From NCBI GenBank assembly GCA_036172245.1, contig JAYWIR010000065.1, positions 186,001-250,000 on the forward strand: 64,000 bases of DNA. Reading direction: 5' to 3'. Below are positions 13,983 through 26,860 of the stretch, in pieces. The notes beneath the pieces were generated by a model that saw only the letters and a program-made list of their open reading frames with translations, ran no database searches and was not told where the DNA came from. The stretch comes from Raillietiella orientalis (lineage: Eukaryota). Both the position numbers and the translations under genes were made by a program. Numbering within the stretch: position 1 is the stretch's first letter; the number at the start of each line of letters is the position of its first letter.

Positions 13983-14800
13983 TCATTCGCGAAGGATTCT
14001 CCAGAGCCATTCCAGCAATGGTGATTGCTCAATAGAAGCTCCATTTAGCGTCTGATTTGGACTGTCTGTGTCCAATCTCAAGTCGTCATAGGGCCCACTG
14101 TTTTGAGCATACCATGATTCCAGTACACCTACTACCAATATCTGGACTGGGCTTCTGCTTCTTTGCTGCTTCTTTTGTCTGGAAGCCGAGGTGAGGAGCC
14201 ATTCCATCTCAGCACTGGCCGAGTGCCTCGCTCGCTGGAGGGTTTCATCTGAAATGACAGGAACAACGCCATTCACGAGGACAGACCTAATGGAAAAGCT
14301 TCTCGTTCACGACGTTTGAAAAGCAGAGTTAGTTTGACCCATTGTTCCTTCTTACAGGTGTTGTAGAAACTCCTGTCCTCTTGCTCCAGGGATTGGCCTC
14401 ATACGACATAAAGTCCTTACACGTGCTGAACATTCTTAGCGAAGAGTGGCATTCGATTTTGTTTGTCTGGTGCTGCAATGCTTTGTGCGACCTCTGGAGT
14501 CCCGAACCCTTAATGGCCCTAGCAGGTAAGGAAGAAAAAAGATAGGGCGCGTTTTTCTTGATCGGCACATGGGATCATGCGAAGATGCTCGCTTCACTGC
14601 TCCTTAGCTGCAGATGTATCCATGAACCATGAGCTCCAAGAATTCCGGTTTTCTGGAAATGCCAAATAAGTCAGGCTGAGGGAAAACTGTTGTGCCGAAT
14701 ATGCACCACCGGGAGACAGCCCCTTACTAACGCTTTTCAGCAAGAGAACTACCGAGAGAACTGCTTTCGTTGTCATGGTGCATGTGCTTCTGTCTGTCTA
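13983..14800 (-). mobile_element. Decayed RT fragment (RTE-like?)
   Basis: AKEQ...CADQ resembles EEQxGFR...SCxDQ, and TLNGASIEQSPLLEWLWRIL resembles LNGxxIExVxxFKYLG. Weak. Confidence 0.3.
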
Positions 14801-15699
14801 TGACACACTTACCTGGAGTACAAGGAGTCTCTTGAACCCGGTCTACCTAATCATGGCCTTGAGAAGAAAAGTGGAATGCAATGCATAAGGAAGGGGATGA
14901 GAAACTGTTTCCGGACCTGTTTTAAGCTGCTCACCCTGTCTGTGAGAAGATAGTAGCATACAGTGGGCCAGTATGGAACGCATATTGCAGGAAGGCATGA
15001 CACCCGGCCTCGCCATAACGTTTGTCGAAAGTCAATTTTTACAACTCACATTCTTGCAATCTTGAGGGAGAATCGAGATACGTTACTTGCTCCCAACAAA
15101 ATGTGAGTCAACGGTTCCGTATCTACGGAATTCTGTCCGGCATATGTAATGCCAAACTCATCCGGGGGAAGAGTTTTCTGCCTTGTTTAGACTTTTTGCT
15201 ACTTCTTCGGCCTTGAAAGACGTAAGACCTATGGAAGAAACGGGACTCCCTTTGCCAGTTCTTTCATTCGTGCAGAGCAGTGGGTATATCTGAGCCCAAA
15301 TCCGCGTTTCTTAGGAAGGTGCCGACTCATGAGTCGACTTCTGGAAGGGTTGAAGCGAGGTACAAAAAAAAAAAAATCTGGACGTAATCAGATTGAGCAG
15401 AAGAAGGGAAGCGAATGGGGAAGGTGTCTCGCAAGAGATTCTCGTGCAGTCTCCGCATCTGGTTGCCGGTGCCTTCAATCTCCTTCATCACTTAAAGGCT
15501 CTTCCCACCCAAGGTAGCACGAGAGAAGTGAACTCTCTTGTCTCGTTCCTCTTGAATGCGCGCCGTCACTATAACGCTTAAACAGCTAAAGATGGCGATC
15601 TTATCACGCATCAAACTCGGTCTGTTCGCAGCAGCTGTGGTGGCGTGTGATGAGTCTACGCTTCACGGAGGGTCCTGCAGTCCTGAAAGAGTTGCAGGA

Positions 15700-18600
15700 A
15701 CCTCTCCATTTCCATGAACTTGGAGCAGTTCGGGGAACGCTGTCCTCTTTCCAGTGGTGAGGACGTGATACATCTCACCACTGAAAGAGGAATGTCTCCA
15801 CGCGAAATTCCGAGGAGAGAGGGGGAGAGGGCATGGCGTCTTTGTTACCTCGCAACCGAGGGACCGCATGAAAGCGCTTGTATTCTTACTAAGGCAGATC
15901 GCTGCCCTTTGGGAAGAACATCAGTGTATCTCCTGCTGCTCCTCAAACTACAACGATTGGCAGGAGGAAGCGGTGGGCATCAGGATCGATATTACTCACA
16001 CCAACAAATAGTCGAGATAGGTGCCATCTACAACCTGGGAGCAGTCTCCCTGAAGGAGATGGAAAGGGACCTGAAGAAGAAGTAAGCCCTAGCCACTGTC
16101 ACCGTCCCAGATGCAAGCCTGTCCTCTCTACGGAAGAGAAACGTCAACCGGCAGGGTAGATTATCTCGCACTCAGTAGTCGGAGCGACGAAACTGGTGAA
16201 CGGTGGAAGAAGGCTAGTTGGCTGAAGCGACCCCCACACAGTCCTGCGCTAAAGGACTGCTTTTCTGGTCGAAAGACCTTGGAAATCGTGATCTTTTTCC
16301 TTTATTGGGATAGCTCTGTGCTCTTCGCGCACTGGGACTTACCGCAGGCGTTGCCAGAGCATCCACAGGTGCGCGGGAAGGGGGAAACCTTCCGACCCCT
16401 ATTTCTGAATCGCGGTGCCCTTCGACTATTTGAAAACGACTCGCGGCTGCCCTGATTCGTTCCTGATGACACTCCTAAGGAGCCGCTGCAGCTCTGCTTC
16501 AAGTGTGATGGGCTACGCCTGCTTCCCGGGTCGCCCCTCTCCTGTGTTGCGTCAGGAGGATCGTGACATCCCAGCACACGTAGAAGGCGTACCGGCAAGG
16601 ATAGAAGACACCGTACATCTGGAGGAGGATGCCACCTGCATCGCAAGCAGGCTAAAGGACATGCCACAGGTGTAACCAGTGGTTCTTTTCCCTTCCTCCC
16701 CCTTTTTACTTGTCCTTGTCCTTCCTTGTAGCCGACCTACGAGTTGGTGCCCCATTCCCTCTTGAAGTAGGTAAGACTTATGAGGTTGATGTCCTACTTT
16801 GCTTGCTTGTTTTTCTTTTTGGGGAAATAAATGTTCCGACGCAACTGGGTGACAATGGTTTCGGAAGGTGTTGCCAAGGAGACTCCAATGCAACATGGAG
16901 ATGTTCGTTTGCCGTCTCCCTCGAGGGAGCATGGAGCTGCCCGTGGGAGGAACCGTCGTATATTCTAGAAGGATATCCAGTTGCGCCTCCCAGCTTTGCG
17001 TTGCGAGGATACAAGGCGATTCAGCGCGAGTGGGCAGACATCTGGGCATGCGCCGTGCAAATTGGCTAGCAGATGCTTGGGGCGAGCAAATAGAGGCGCG
17101 AAAACTCGCGCCATGTAACCTATGGCTCGCAGGAGCGAATTCTGAAGTGCTCCGGACAAGGCGAAGGGGAAGCTTCTGTGTCAATGGGTTCGTCGGTAAG
17201 CGCTCCCGGAATTCATGTTCTGCTAAATAAGTGAGAGAAGGAAGAGTCATGTAGATCGAGCAGACAAAGAAAATCGAAGGAACAGCAACAGACAGAGGCG
17301 AGGGACTCATCTGGGCCATACACCGTTCCTAGAAGGCACCCGTGCTCACCCTCGCTCTTTCCTACTTCATCCAACGGCGATTTTTCCAAGACTGTTTTTG
17401 GAAAGGGAATTGCCTCATAAAGGGTCTACTGCAAGGTGTTCCGAGGCCTTTCCGCGTTGTTTTATTCCGAGGGCGTGCCAGAGTCTCGAGTCTCGCACTC
17501 AGCAGTCCAGGGAACAGTCTACAGTGAGAGCGAGGAGAAAAAAGACATCCCGAAAAGACCCGGGAAAGAGTCCTGTATATCCAGATGTAGGCAGAAAAGA
17601 AAGGAGGGAGAAGGGGGAGGAATACTCTTCCTTCCCTTTCTGCTGATTTTCTCCCGAGCATCTTCAGCTGTTCCTGGAACGGAAAAACTCTTCAATCTGA
17701 TAGCTGTGCCTTCCTTCTTTCGGGAAGGCCCCTCACCTCCATATGTAACAGGAGCCCCTCAACCTTTCGGCAGAGAGAAAAGGCGGAAAAAATGCTTTTC
17801 GAGGGCAGAGGATGAGACGAAGGCGAATGTCCCAGCTCTTTTGACATCAAATACATCCGTAGCCCTGATGTGGTAAGCGCGGGGAATTCGGCACAGGATG
17901 TGGCGCCACGTGGAGGAGTCGCGGCGAATCCGCTCGCGAACGAAGCACGTCCGGTAATCAGAGGTTTGATGTTGGTGTACCTGAGCATCTCCCTTGAAGG
18001 GGAGACGATGAGGAGACGTTAGATTGCCAGGGTCGGCGGCAGTCTCAGAGTTCCTCTTTGGATTCTTTGGAGCCGGGAAGGTTTCTGGAACATCCAGTTT
18101 CTCTGGCCCTTGCCCATTCGCCTACGATGGAACTCGGATCCGTGCTCTTGTTTGCCAAACTGATGGTTTGGCAAACAAGAGCCGAATGCGTGCAGAAGTC
18201 TGAAAGGATAGGGGTCGGTCCCTGCTTTCTGCAAACATGTCCAATCCAGCTTTCGGTGTGCCTCCAGGAAGGAAAGGATTGAGAGGAGACTAGCGGGAAA
18301 TTCCGGCTCGTTTCTCGGGTCACTAGAAGGCGGCATCGACAGGGACTGGTTCCTCCTCCACCTTGATCTTTCCTGGAGCTCCGGCTTTCGCGAGGCCGGA
18401 GGTCCATGCGGGTGCGTGGACCGCCTACCGGACTGCGCGTGCTCCGCGATCAGGGTCGGGGAAAACATTGCCTTCGTTTCTCCCGCTTTATTTCACGCCT
18501 TCCCCCAGGGAGGTCTTAGCACGACTCTCCCTCCTCTCCTCTCCTCTCTTGCGTCCGACCCTGCAGTACGCAAGGCAAGCGGCTGCTCTCGCCATCCCAA

Positions 18601-18780
18601 CTGGATCGCCTGCGAGCTAGCTGAAGTCTGCCGAGCGTGGGGCCACTTGTGCTTCGCTGTGCAGACAGGCAACGCGCACAGGCAGTCCGTGCCCAGGTGG
18701 CACAAATCCTCACCACTATATCTCTCGGGAGTGCCGATGAGCCACTTTCTTCCTTATCCTTTCGTGAAAAGGTAGCTCTG
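15700..18780 (+). mobile_element. Decayed two-ORF LINE (I/Jockey-like): ORF1, APE and RT remnants
   Basis: GC-rich block with collinear PLQLCFKCDG (knuckle-like), FALRGYKAIQRE (APE-like), IRVGENI...AFPQGGLSTTLPPLL (GVPQGSxLSPLL-like) and RAWGHLCF...PLYLSGVPM (RT motifs 6-7). Confidence 0.5.
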
Positions 18781-19484
18781 TCTTTTCTTTTTTTTTATGA
18801 AGCGATAACGAACGCCACTGTAGCTCCAAGTCCGCCTCTTGCACTCGTAGTCATAGTTACGTGGGCGAACGTTTCTGTAAATGTGTAATCTTATACGTTG
18901 AACGCAAACCAACGAGAATTTCATAAGTGACAATGCTTTCATAATGACTTATCAGGTCATCCAGGTGATAATGTAATAATTGCCTACATTTTGTGTGCAT
19001 GTGAGAAAATACATCTTGAAACTATGCACGCAGTTATGTTTATTGATGTACATGGTTGTGCACGACGTGCTCAATCCATCCTTTATCTTGACACTAATCC
19101 GTGGATCCAGAATCAGGTTGCAGTACCTGTTTCTCACTTGCCAAGATGTACAAGGAACAAGCATTACCGACTCCTCAAGGGATGCTGTGAATCTGCTTAT
19201 TGAAAAAGAAAATAAATAATTCCTTTATCTCTTTGTGCAACAGAAGATCTCGAAAACATATGTGATGTAAACCTATGTGATGGGAACTCGAGCTGAGCAT
19301 CCTATAATTTTTCTTGTGAGTATGTAATGGTTTTAGAAGACATCTGTGAACCTTGGTTCAAGGGAGACATCCCTCAGGCTACCTAATGCACTGCAAGTAG
19401 TGCAGCTTCGGAAACTAAAACTCTAAAGTGAATCAGAGAAAACGAGTTCTGAAGATTCTGAGGATTTGCTTTACTGTTTATTGC

Positions 19485-20366
19485 TTCACTATCTGGTTCT
19501 ATAGAGTGTCTAATAACAAGCAGCATTTTGGATGGCATTTAGGATGATGGAAATCCTTCGACACGGTTCTACGCCACCCGAGGGTGGGTTATTCTTCAAG
19601 ATAGGGTGTACCCCGGGAGGAGTTCTCCCTATGAATCCAGGAAGGACTCGGAGTCCGTTCCTCTCACGCTGGAGAGGGATCCCTGGAAATTGAGATCACT
19701 TCTACTCTGGTTGTCTCCGAAGGGGAATCCAGAAGCGAATCCTCCTTCCTTATTCTCTCTGGAGGACCCCCGGGGGAATCCGCTCCATTCTTTCTTCTCT
19801 GAAGGGAACCCGGGAGGGATCCGCTCCTGAATTTTCTTCTTCAGAGGGGATCCCCCGCAAGGGATTTGCTCCTGTTTTTATTCCTCTGAAGAGAACCTAG
19901 AAGAGACGCTTCCGAAATTCAGAAGGACGCGGCTTCCCCGATGGGATCGGCTCGCTTCTCTGAACTCTCTGGAGAGGTGGCGGCGGCACACCTATTCCAT
20001 CAGTACGACGCTGAGCTCCCCCCCGGAATGGAGGCCCCGCTCCTTCACAACCGGAGGGGAGCTCCCACTCCTTGATTCTTGGAAGGACCGGGAGGGTCGA
20101 CTCCTATTGTCCCGGCCCTCATCTGGGGCATCCGGTTTCAACCGCTACCAGTGCCGCACCCGGATGAATGTAGGCCAACCAGCGTCATCTTGTGGGGTGA
20201 ACTCGGAACCTTCGACGCACTGCGTCGATTCCTTCGGAGTATTTGAACCCACGACGCATGGTGCCACGCGCGGAGACCATCGTAGCCACACGGCCTCCGA
20301 CGCGGGCTGTTATTCACTGTCTGGTTCTATAGAGTGTCTAATAACAGGCAGCATTTTGGATGGCAT
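19485..20366. repeat. 54-bp direct repeats (19485-19538, 20313-20366) flanking a 774-bp GC-rich insert
   Basis: TTCACT(A/G)TCTGGTTCTATAGAGTGTCTAATAACA(A/G)GCAGCATTTTGGATGGCAT occurs twice with 2 mismatches. Confidence 0.92.
19715..19900. repeat. Degenerate ~42-bp tandem repeat, about 4.5 units
   Basis: Recurring TCTGAAGGGAACCC..GGGATCCGCTCC..TTTCTTC-like units. Confidence 0.65.
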
Positions 20367-20964
20367 CGGGGCATTCGAAGAGAAAATACCGAACAAATAG
20401 AATAATGTCTCTTCATATGTAGGAACGAGATATCAATAAGAAATCATAGAGACATACAGGAAAGCGAGAAAGTTTTTTTTGTGTGTCATTTAAGCACACT
20501 AAAAAAACAACTGCATTATTTCTTGATCTTGAAAAAGTGTACTTTTCTTTTTTTTTTCTGCAAATGATGGGACATAAGAGTGCAGTAACGTTGTTTTGAG
20601 AATAGTTAGAAATTGAAGTATATGGAGTTTCGTTGGAAGATTAGCACGACCATTACTTGTGATTGACAGATTTTTTTTCGTCTATCTCCGTTATGCCGTC
20701 TATGAACATGAATACTGTGGTCCTGAGGATTCAGCTCCGTAAACGCTGCAATGGCATCACATGCTCAACGTGAAATCTTTCTGACCAGGAGGGATGGCAA
20801 GCATCAGCATGTCTTTCCCTCTTCGTGCCTCAGAACTCAGAGTGAGGAAGTCAAAATGCCTTCCTTTAAAGAACTCAATTGTGCTTTGTGATTTCACGAA
20901 ACATAATACGCAACTGCCTTAACAACGAATCTGCAATGACGTGGACTTTTGTCTTTCCATCTTT

Positions 20965-21357
20965 CCTAAATACACCATCGTTACTACTACAGCAATATAT
21001 ACCATAACACAATCCATTATCCAACTTCATTAAACCGAATCATCAAGTACACTCCCCCGGCAGCTAAAGTAGGGGAATGAACCAAAGCTCATAGCGGAGT
21101 AGCAGCAGCCAGAGCCTTTGGCAATCGAGCACTAAACGCAATTGCATTCTCAGTTATCTTCATCAACATAACTGCCTCCCAATACCAACCATCTACCACC
21201 AAAAGCATATAATTTCGAGAGCCCTTCAATGCTATCCATCGAATCACTACCTATCAGCGAAATTCCATTACCAACACGATTAGTTTTGAAGCTCTTTATG
21301 GTAGCTGTCTGTCAGTTCAAAGTCTCCTACAGAACACAACAAACTATGAGGAATACC
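20965..21357 (-). pseudogene. nad5: NUMT: decayed fragment of mitochondrial NADH dehydrogenase subunit 5
   Basis: Minus strand reads TNRVGNG...FSARLPKALAAATPL*ALVHSPTLAAGGVYLMIRFN, matching the ND5 signature [35 protein letters not shown]. Coding strand is G/T-rich. Confidence 0.85.
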
Positions 21358-22436
21358 ACAATGCTATGAATTCAGAAAATTAGCGCATGCGCTACATATT
21401 GGATTGCCAGAGCGAAAAACTCTATGAAGAGTTCTGGCCATCTGTGAGCTATACTGCCCTCTAGAAGAGCTGTGTAGGCAAAACCATTGGACAAAGGAGA
21501 AGCATTCACTCTGATCCTCACTGATCTTTTTTGCTTTCTTTCTATCTCTCTTCAATAAACAACTTTTGAATATTTCTAGATTGAATCTTCATGTTTTTCT
21601 AGCTGCCTACTCCAGTGGTCAACTGCATCCGAACTTGACACCCAAACATTCATTTCAACTTTATGAGATGGTCATGATCCTCGAACTCTCGAGCCCACAG
21701 AAGAGCTAGTGGGATTGCTGACCAAGGCGGTGGTATTTTACATCCTGGAGATCACTTGCCGCACACGAAGAGATGCTGTGCCTCCCGAAACTCTGCGTTG
21801 CAAAATTGTGCCAGCGGCATGAAAAAGAGCATTTCCTCCTAGCCGTCTGAGTTGAGGTGCAAACAGAAAATTCCTCAGTGCTTTCCACGGTTCTCTCGTT
21901 CGAATGAGATCGGAAGCTTCCAGCATGTAAGTTAAGTCGATGTCACGAAAGCGTCCACGAAATGTTCGTAAGTGACAGGGACTTCCTCACTGCAGATTTA
22001 TTTACGGCAAGTCTATTGCACGGAAAACGTATACCTTCATCCAGATTGGGAACCGATCTGCAGATGCAAAAGCAGGCGCCGTATTTCAAAGAAATCAGCG
22101 GGAAAAAAAGTTTTCCCTTCCCGCTGAATTTGAAATGTGGTGCACTGAAGCTCTACTGGCGAAGAACGTTTCGTTTCGTTGTCGAGTCCGAGCTCTGGAA
22201 GGAAGAAGACATGTGATCGATTTCTTCATCAGTTTGTGCTTGATTCCTTTGGAACAGGAATTCGGGGGGGGGGGGGGGGACAAGACTCCCTTGCTGGCAG
22301 CTGCAGCTTTGTTTCAGTAGTTTCATCGCATTAATCATCTTTATTAAGAATGATGTTGCGATTTTTCTCCCCAATTCTTTTTTTTTTTGAATAGACTTGT
22401 GAACGAGAATAACTGTTTCTGCTTGGCGTGGGAACA

Positions 22437-22473
22437 TGGCTGAATATCTTTTCTAGGAAAAGATATTCAGCCA
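22437..22473. repeat. Perfect 17-bp fold-back palindrome with 3-nt loop
   Basis: TGGCTGAATATCTTTTC-TAG-GAAAAGATATTCAGCCA. Confidence 0.95.
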
Positions 22474-23449
22474 GTTCGTGGCTTCCTTTTTCTAGGAAAA
22501 GTGTACAGGAAAAAACAAGCAAAGGCAAAAAAGTGTGGTTTTTGTACATGGCATGGTAATAACGTCTTCTCCAGTCAGTGATGATCAGAAGAACTCACGC
22601 TAAGCTTGTGGAAGCTGGAAACTTGAGGGAAGCTGCGTTTGAGTTTTGTATGGTTGTGAGGCTTTGACACGTTCCTCGCTTTGCCATTCAACTGAAACGA
22701 TTCGCCAAGATTTTCATGATTCCGCTAATTTTACAAGACAGAGATGCATCAGTATGAAGTCTTGGATGGAAATTCCATTAAACACACACACACACACACT
22801 ATGTGAATGGTTCAGTATTTCCGAACACCCTGGGATGCCTTTCTTAATTGTATTCTCGTTGAATCCGCAAGCGTTAAATCTTCAGAAGTTCTTGTAGTCT
22901 TTTAAGCAAAATTCACCATAAAAAGCAATCAGTCAAGCAAAATTCCCAAATCGAAAGATTCCAGATGCACTGGGATGCGACGTTTTCCAAGGGGAAAAAT
23001 CGCTGCTTCTCTCCGTCTTCCAATTCCAGTTTGGATCCCAAGCCCTAGGAGATACAGATAGCACATCAGATTTTCTCTCTCCTTTTGCCCCTTCGGGCTT
23101 CTTGGTTGAGGAATTTTTCAAATTTCCTATTTATTCCCTCAAGAGAAGTGATACGCGGAACTTGCATCCCATCCTTATTGATTATCCCGATTCTCTGATA
23201 ATTAATTGTTTCTGCAAACGAAGGAGAATCCAATGAGCCAAAGGGATCGAAGGGTGCGTCATGCACAATTCTGAAGATGAGGATTCCGGATGCTGCCGGG
23301 AGCAAACAAAGTTCAAGGATGCAAGGTGAACCAAACCTTCCAGCTCATATGACGCTTGCTCACAGTGCATCTAGTTCTGAATCCCTCACTGAGAGCAAAC
23401 GTGGGCGGGATGCGTAGAATTCAGGAAAAGCGTCAAGCTTGAGCCCCCC

Positions 23450-25200
23450 CAGATCGCCATCTTCATGGGTTCTGGATGCACAAGACCATCCGTGGAAGCA
23501 TTTTCAGACTAAGCCTAAGCGATTCAGTCCGTCCAAGGTGGTTCTCAAGAGTCACGAGTCAACAGACAACTGTGTGTCTGCTGCTGGGCGCCATCACTTA
23601 CCACTGACACCAACTGACTTACTGGCTGGGAAGCGTTCTGAATGAGCTCTTCGGGACGCAGAGCTTCGAGACATAGTGCCTTCCCCTTCCACCCATTGAA
23701 GTTTTCGGGAACGCCCACCAAAAGGGCTGTCTCCGTTGGGCGGACCTGTTGGGCGTTCCTCGAGCGGATCTGATGACCTTCCTTGCTCCTCCATGTTTCT
23801 AAACCGCTTCGTGTGGCATGCGGCACCTCTAATCGTGCTCTGAAGTTTTCCAGTGCACCATCGGACGTGGTCATATCTCTTTGCCAAGGGACGACAGGGG
23901 TAGAGGGAAGGTGGGAAGGTTCCCTCCTTCCGTTGGGAGGTTGAGGAGTACTTAAGAATGCCTCGCAGAATTTGTCCTGCTCCACTCTGAAGACTTTTAA
24001 CAGGAGGTGGTGCGGAGCTGTCCAATACGCGACCGGCTTTTGCCTGCCTCCCCTGCTGATGACCCTCTGTCTCTTCAGGAGAAGCGTGTAAGCTTCAAGA
24101 ATGCTGGTTCCCGGTTCACCCTGGAGCACCTGTCCTTAAAATTCATAGAGATACCTCACGTTGTTTTTGTATCACACAGGAGGAAAGGGACTCTGAGAGA
24201 GATTTCCCAGAAATTGTAACTTTTCCTCGACCTTCCCAGCTTCGTCATTGCCTGGCAACCCTGTCACTCCCGGACGTTGATTTGAAACAAAACAAGCATA
24301 CATAAAAGGAATGTCTTTTACATGGGACACAGGTCATTCGGAAGGAAAAATGGACACACTAAGGAAAGGGGATAAAAGCAAAGAAAAAAACATAAGTGAA
24401 TTTAAAAAAGCAAACATGAAGTAGATCCATCGAGAAAGAGGGTGCTTGTCACAGGAACGTGGAGAAAAAAGGAAGATATCCCGTGCTCTTCCTTGCGGCA
24501 TACCTGCGGTGCACGCAGCGTCCTCCGCGATCACTGAGCAGAGGTGAGGCCATCTAGCTTCCTTACCTGGAGCGGATGGAATAAACGAGCCGCCCTCCAG
24601 TGCTGGCGCTGCTCCGTCTCCTGGCGAGTCACCGCTGCTGCTTGGGAGCTGCACACCTGATCGCCGGTGTAAAGAACCGGGACAGAAGCTGTCGAAGGAG
24701 CCCTGCTCCGGCTGCAAGAGGGACGCGGCCGCTCGTTGCCATTCTCTGTGCAGGAACTCGCAATTCAATAGCAAGTGTGCCCCAGCGCTTGGATCGCCCC
24801 GCCACTGGCACAGGTCGCGCGCGTGTTCCCTCTCGTCCAGCGGCGACTACGCTGGTCTCAACTTGTGGTCCCCAGAGAGGAAGCGATGCACCGTCCAGGA
24901 AAACGGTGGAGCCACGGACCAATTCGTACAGGGGGGAGGAAAGAGACGATTGTCCTCCAGCACAGTCCTTTTAGGCGCACGAACTCCAGGCATCACGGCG
25001 TCCTCCAGTTTTCGCGCCGATCTTACCGATCCACTGCTGACTCCCTCTATGCAGCCAGAAACCTCCCACTTGGCCTGTTGGTCACCGTCACTGTGCCCCC
25101 ACTGACAGAAAGCGCTGTGTCAAGGAGAAAGGCGGTAGGGCTTGTCCATTTCTCGAGGTCTGGTCGTACCTCCTGCAGGAGCGCTACTCTCCTAAGACGT
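23450..25200 (-). mobile_element. Decayed LINE, ORF1 end and APE start
   Basis: RFFTPAIRC, a pyrimidine-rich spacer, then FQINVRE...FLLCDTK and ILEAYTLLLKRQRVISRGG..VAYW. Same layout as 16.4-17.1 kb. Confidence 0.35.
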
Positions 25201-25399
25201 TAATCAGGACGCAGCAGTTGTGGACTGGTCTGTGAGACTCGTGCTCAAGCATGCATAGCATCCTGTCTGCAATTCATAGGTACGTAGGAGATTCATGTGT
25301 GCTTCTACAGCAAAGAGGCATTCGGAGGAGGTCCCAAAGGCCTGTAGCGGGAGAAGGATGCTAGTCCCACTCAGGCAACGTCTATCGGGGAATGTTGCC

Positions 25400-26860
25400 T
25401 GCGGGGACTCACCACTGCTCGTTCCACCAACGAGCCATCAGAGATAGCCTCTGGAAGGGGACCTGCACTTTCAGGTTCTTTAGCTTTAACAGACTGAGTC
25501 CAGCATCAGGACGCGGGGCCAGTAAATGCTCAGACGCACTCGGTACCCTGCCGTTCACGGCACGGCTTTTCTGAAGAGTCCTTCTGTTATCTTTTTTGTT
25601 TCTTAATGACAACGCAAACGAGAACTAGGGTTGGCGGATGGCAGGCAACGAAGTGCTTCATATAGTGTCTCGCTCCTGAATGAGAAAACTGCCGCTCAGG
25701 AATGGATTTTCTCGCTTCCTGGAGGCAGTCAGACCGCGTTTCTGCAACGCAAAAGATACCCATGGATGCCAAAAATGAACTCATGGAGGACGACCAGCAG
25801 GTTCAAGTTGGCTGTCCTGCTTTGATGGAAAACGATGCTTAGCTTCAAGCTGTTAACCTCATACCCGCTTCTTAGCCTATCTGCCGACCCTATCTGAATT
25901 TCTCGTGTGACCCCACCATGCCGGGAATAGGCTGCAGGTGAAGGCGGTCATTACCACAGGACGCGAACTGGCACTCGAGTCTCTGAGGGGGAGAAGGCGA
26001 CCTCGTGCTCCCTGTGTCTTTGTTCCCCCTTTCCTCCCGACTTCTTGAAGACTGCCGGTGTGCTTTCCAATGAGCGGCGTGCTCCAAAGAAAAAACAAGG
26101 CAAAGACGGATGCTGATTTATCTTTTCCAAGAGTTTATTCGCATTGATCCACGATGCGTTAGTACACGACGAGCCCAGCAGACGGAGAAGCACCGTGGAA
26201 GCTGCAGTAGCCACATAGGCACTTTGACTGCTGCTGACTGACTTCAAGTCGCGTGGTTGGCATGACGCTGAAATCGATGTGTGTGTGTTTTTTTTCGTGT
26301 GGATAGTTGAAAGCCTTCCAGAGCGAAAAACTGATTCTCTAAGAAAAACTCTTCTTTTGAAGGAAAAGCGTTCAAGAGGTGAACAACAGTGAAAGAAGGG
26401 TTAGACGAATCATCGCGTTGCAAAACGGAGTTGCTGGCTCAGCCAGAGACGGAAACCATTGGCTAAGACACCAGTGTAATCTGACTGTTTATCCTTGGAA
26501 GATAGGGAAATACACAGGAGCCTTTGACTAGAAGGTTCCATTGCCATTTGCTTTAATGATCAAAAGAGACCATAATCATGTAGAATCCTGTGCCATCAAC
26601 CCTCCTATTTGAAGAAATCTGGTTCCAGTTTCCAGTGTAGCTCGAGGATCTAAATGCGACAAGCGAAGTGCTTTTCCGGCTTTCCCAACGACCCGATAAT
26701 GAGAAAAGATTAATTCTTCGAGGTCCAAGCAATCCCTTTTCACGTTCTTCCTGGAGCTTGCGTTTTTTAGGAGGAGAAATTCCTCGCAGAAGATGATTCG
26801 AAATCTGGCCATTCAGCTTTTTCGAATGCTTGGTTTCTTCTTCCTCGCATCCTTTCATCT
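25400..26860 (-). mobile_element. Decayed Penelope-like element (RT, possibly GIY-YIG)
   Basis: Collinear PPKKRKLQEEREKGL (PPxxNLTxEExxAL-like), PYLPRINSQITLVS*PMVSVSG (YGLPKIHK..PLRPIVS-like) and KLLEKINQHPSL (FLxxLNxxHPxI-like). Confidence 0.45.

Noticed and set aside
19715..19900. CRISPR-like periodicity
   Set aside because: Degenerate head-to-tail units with no unique spacers, no cas genes, and a eukaryotic context.
26459..26490. U2 snRNA-like TTGGCTAAGA..AGTGTA
   Set aside because: Only about 10 contiguous matches, the rest of U2 is absent, and it lies within the PLE-like relic.
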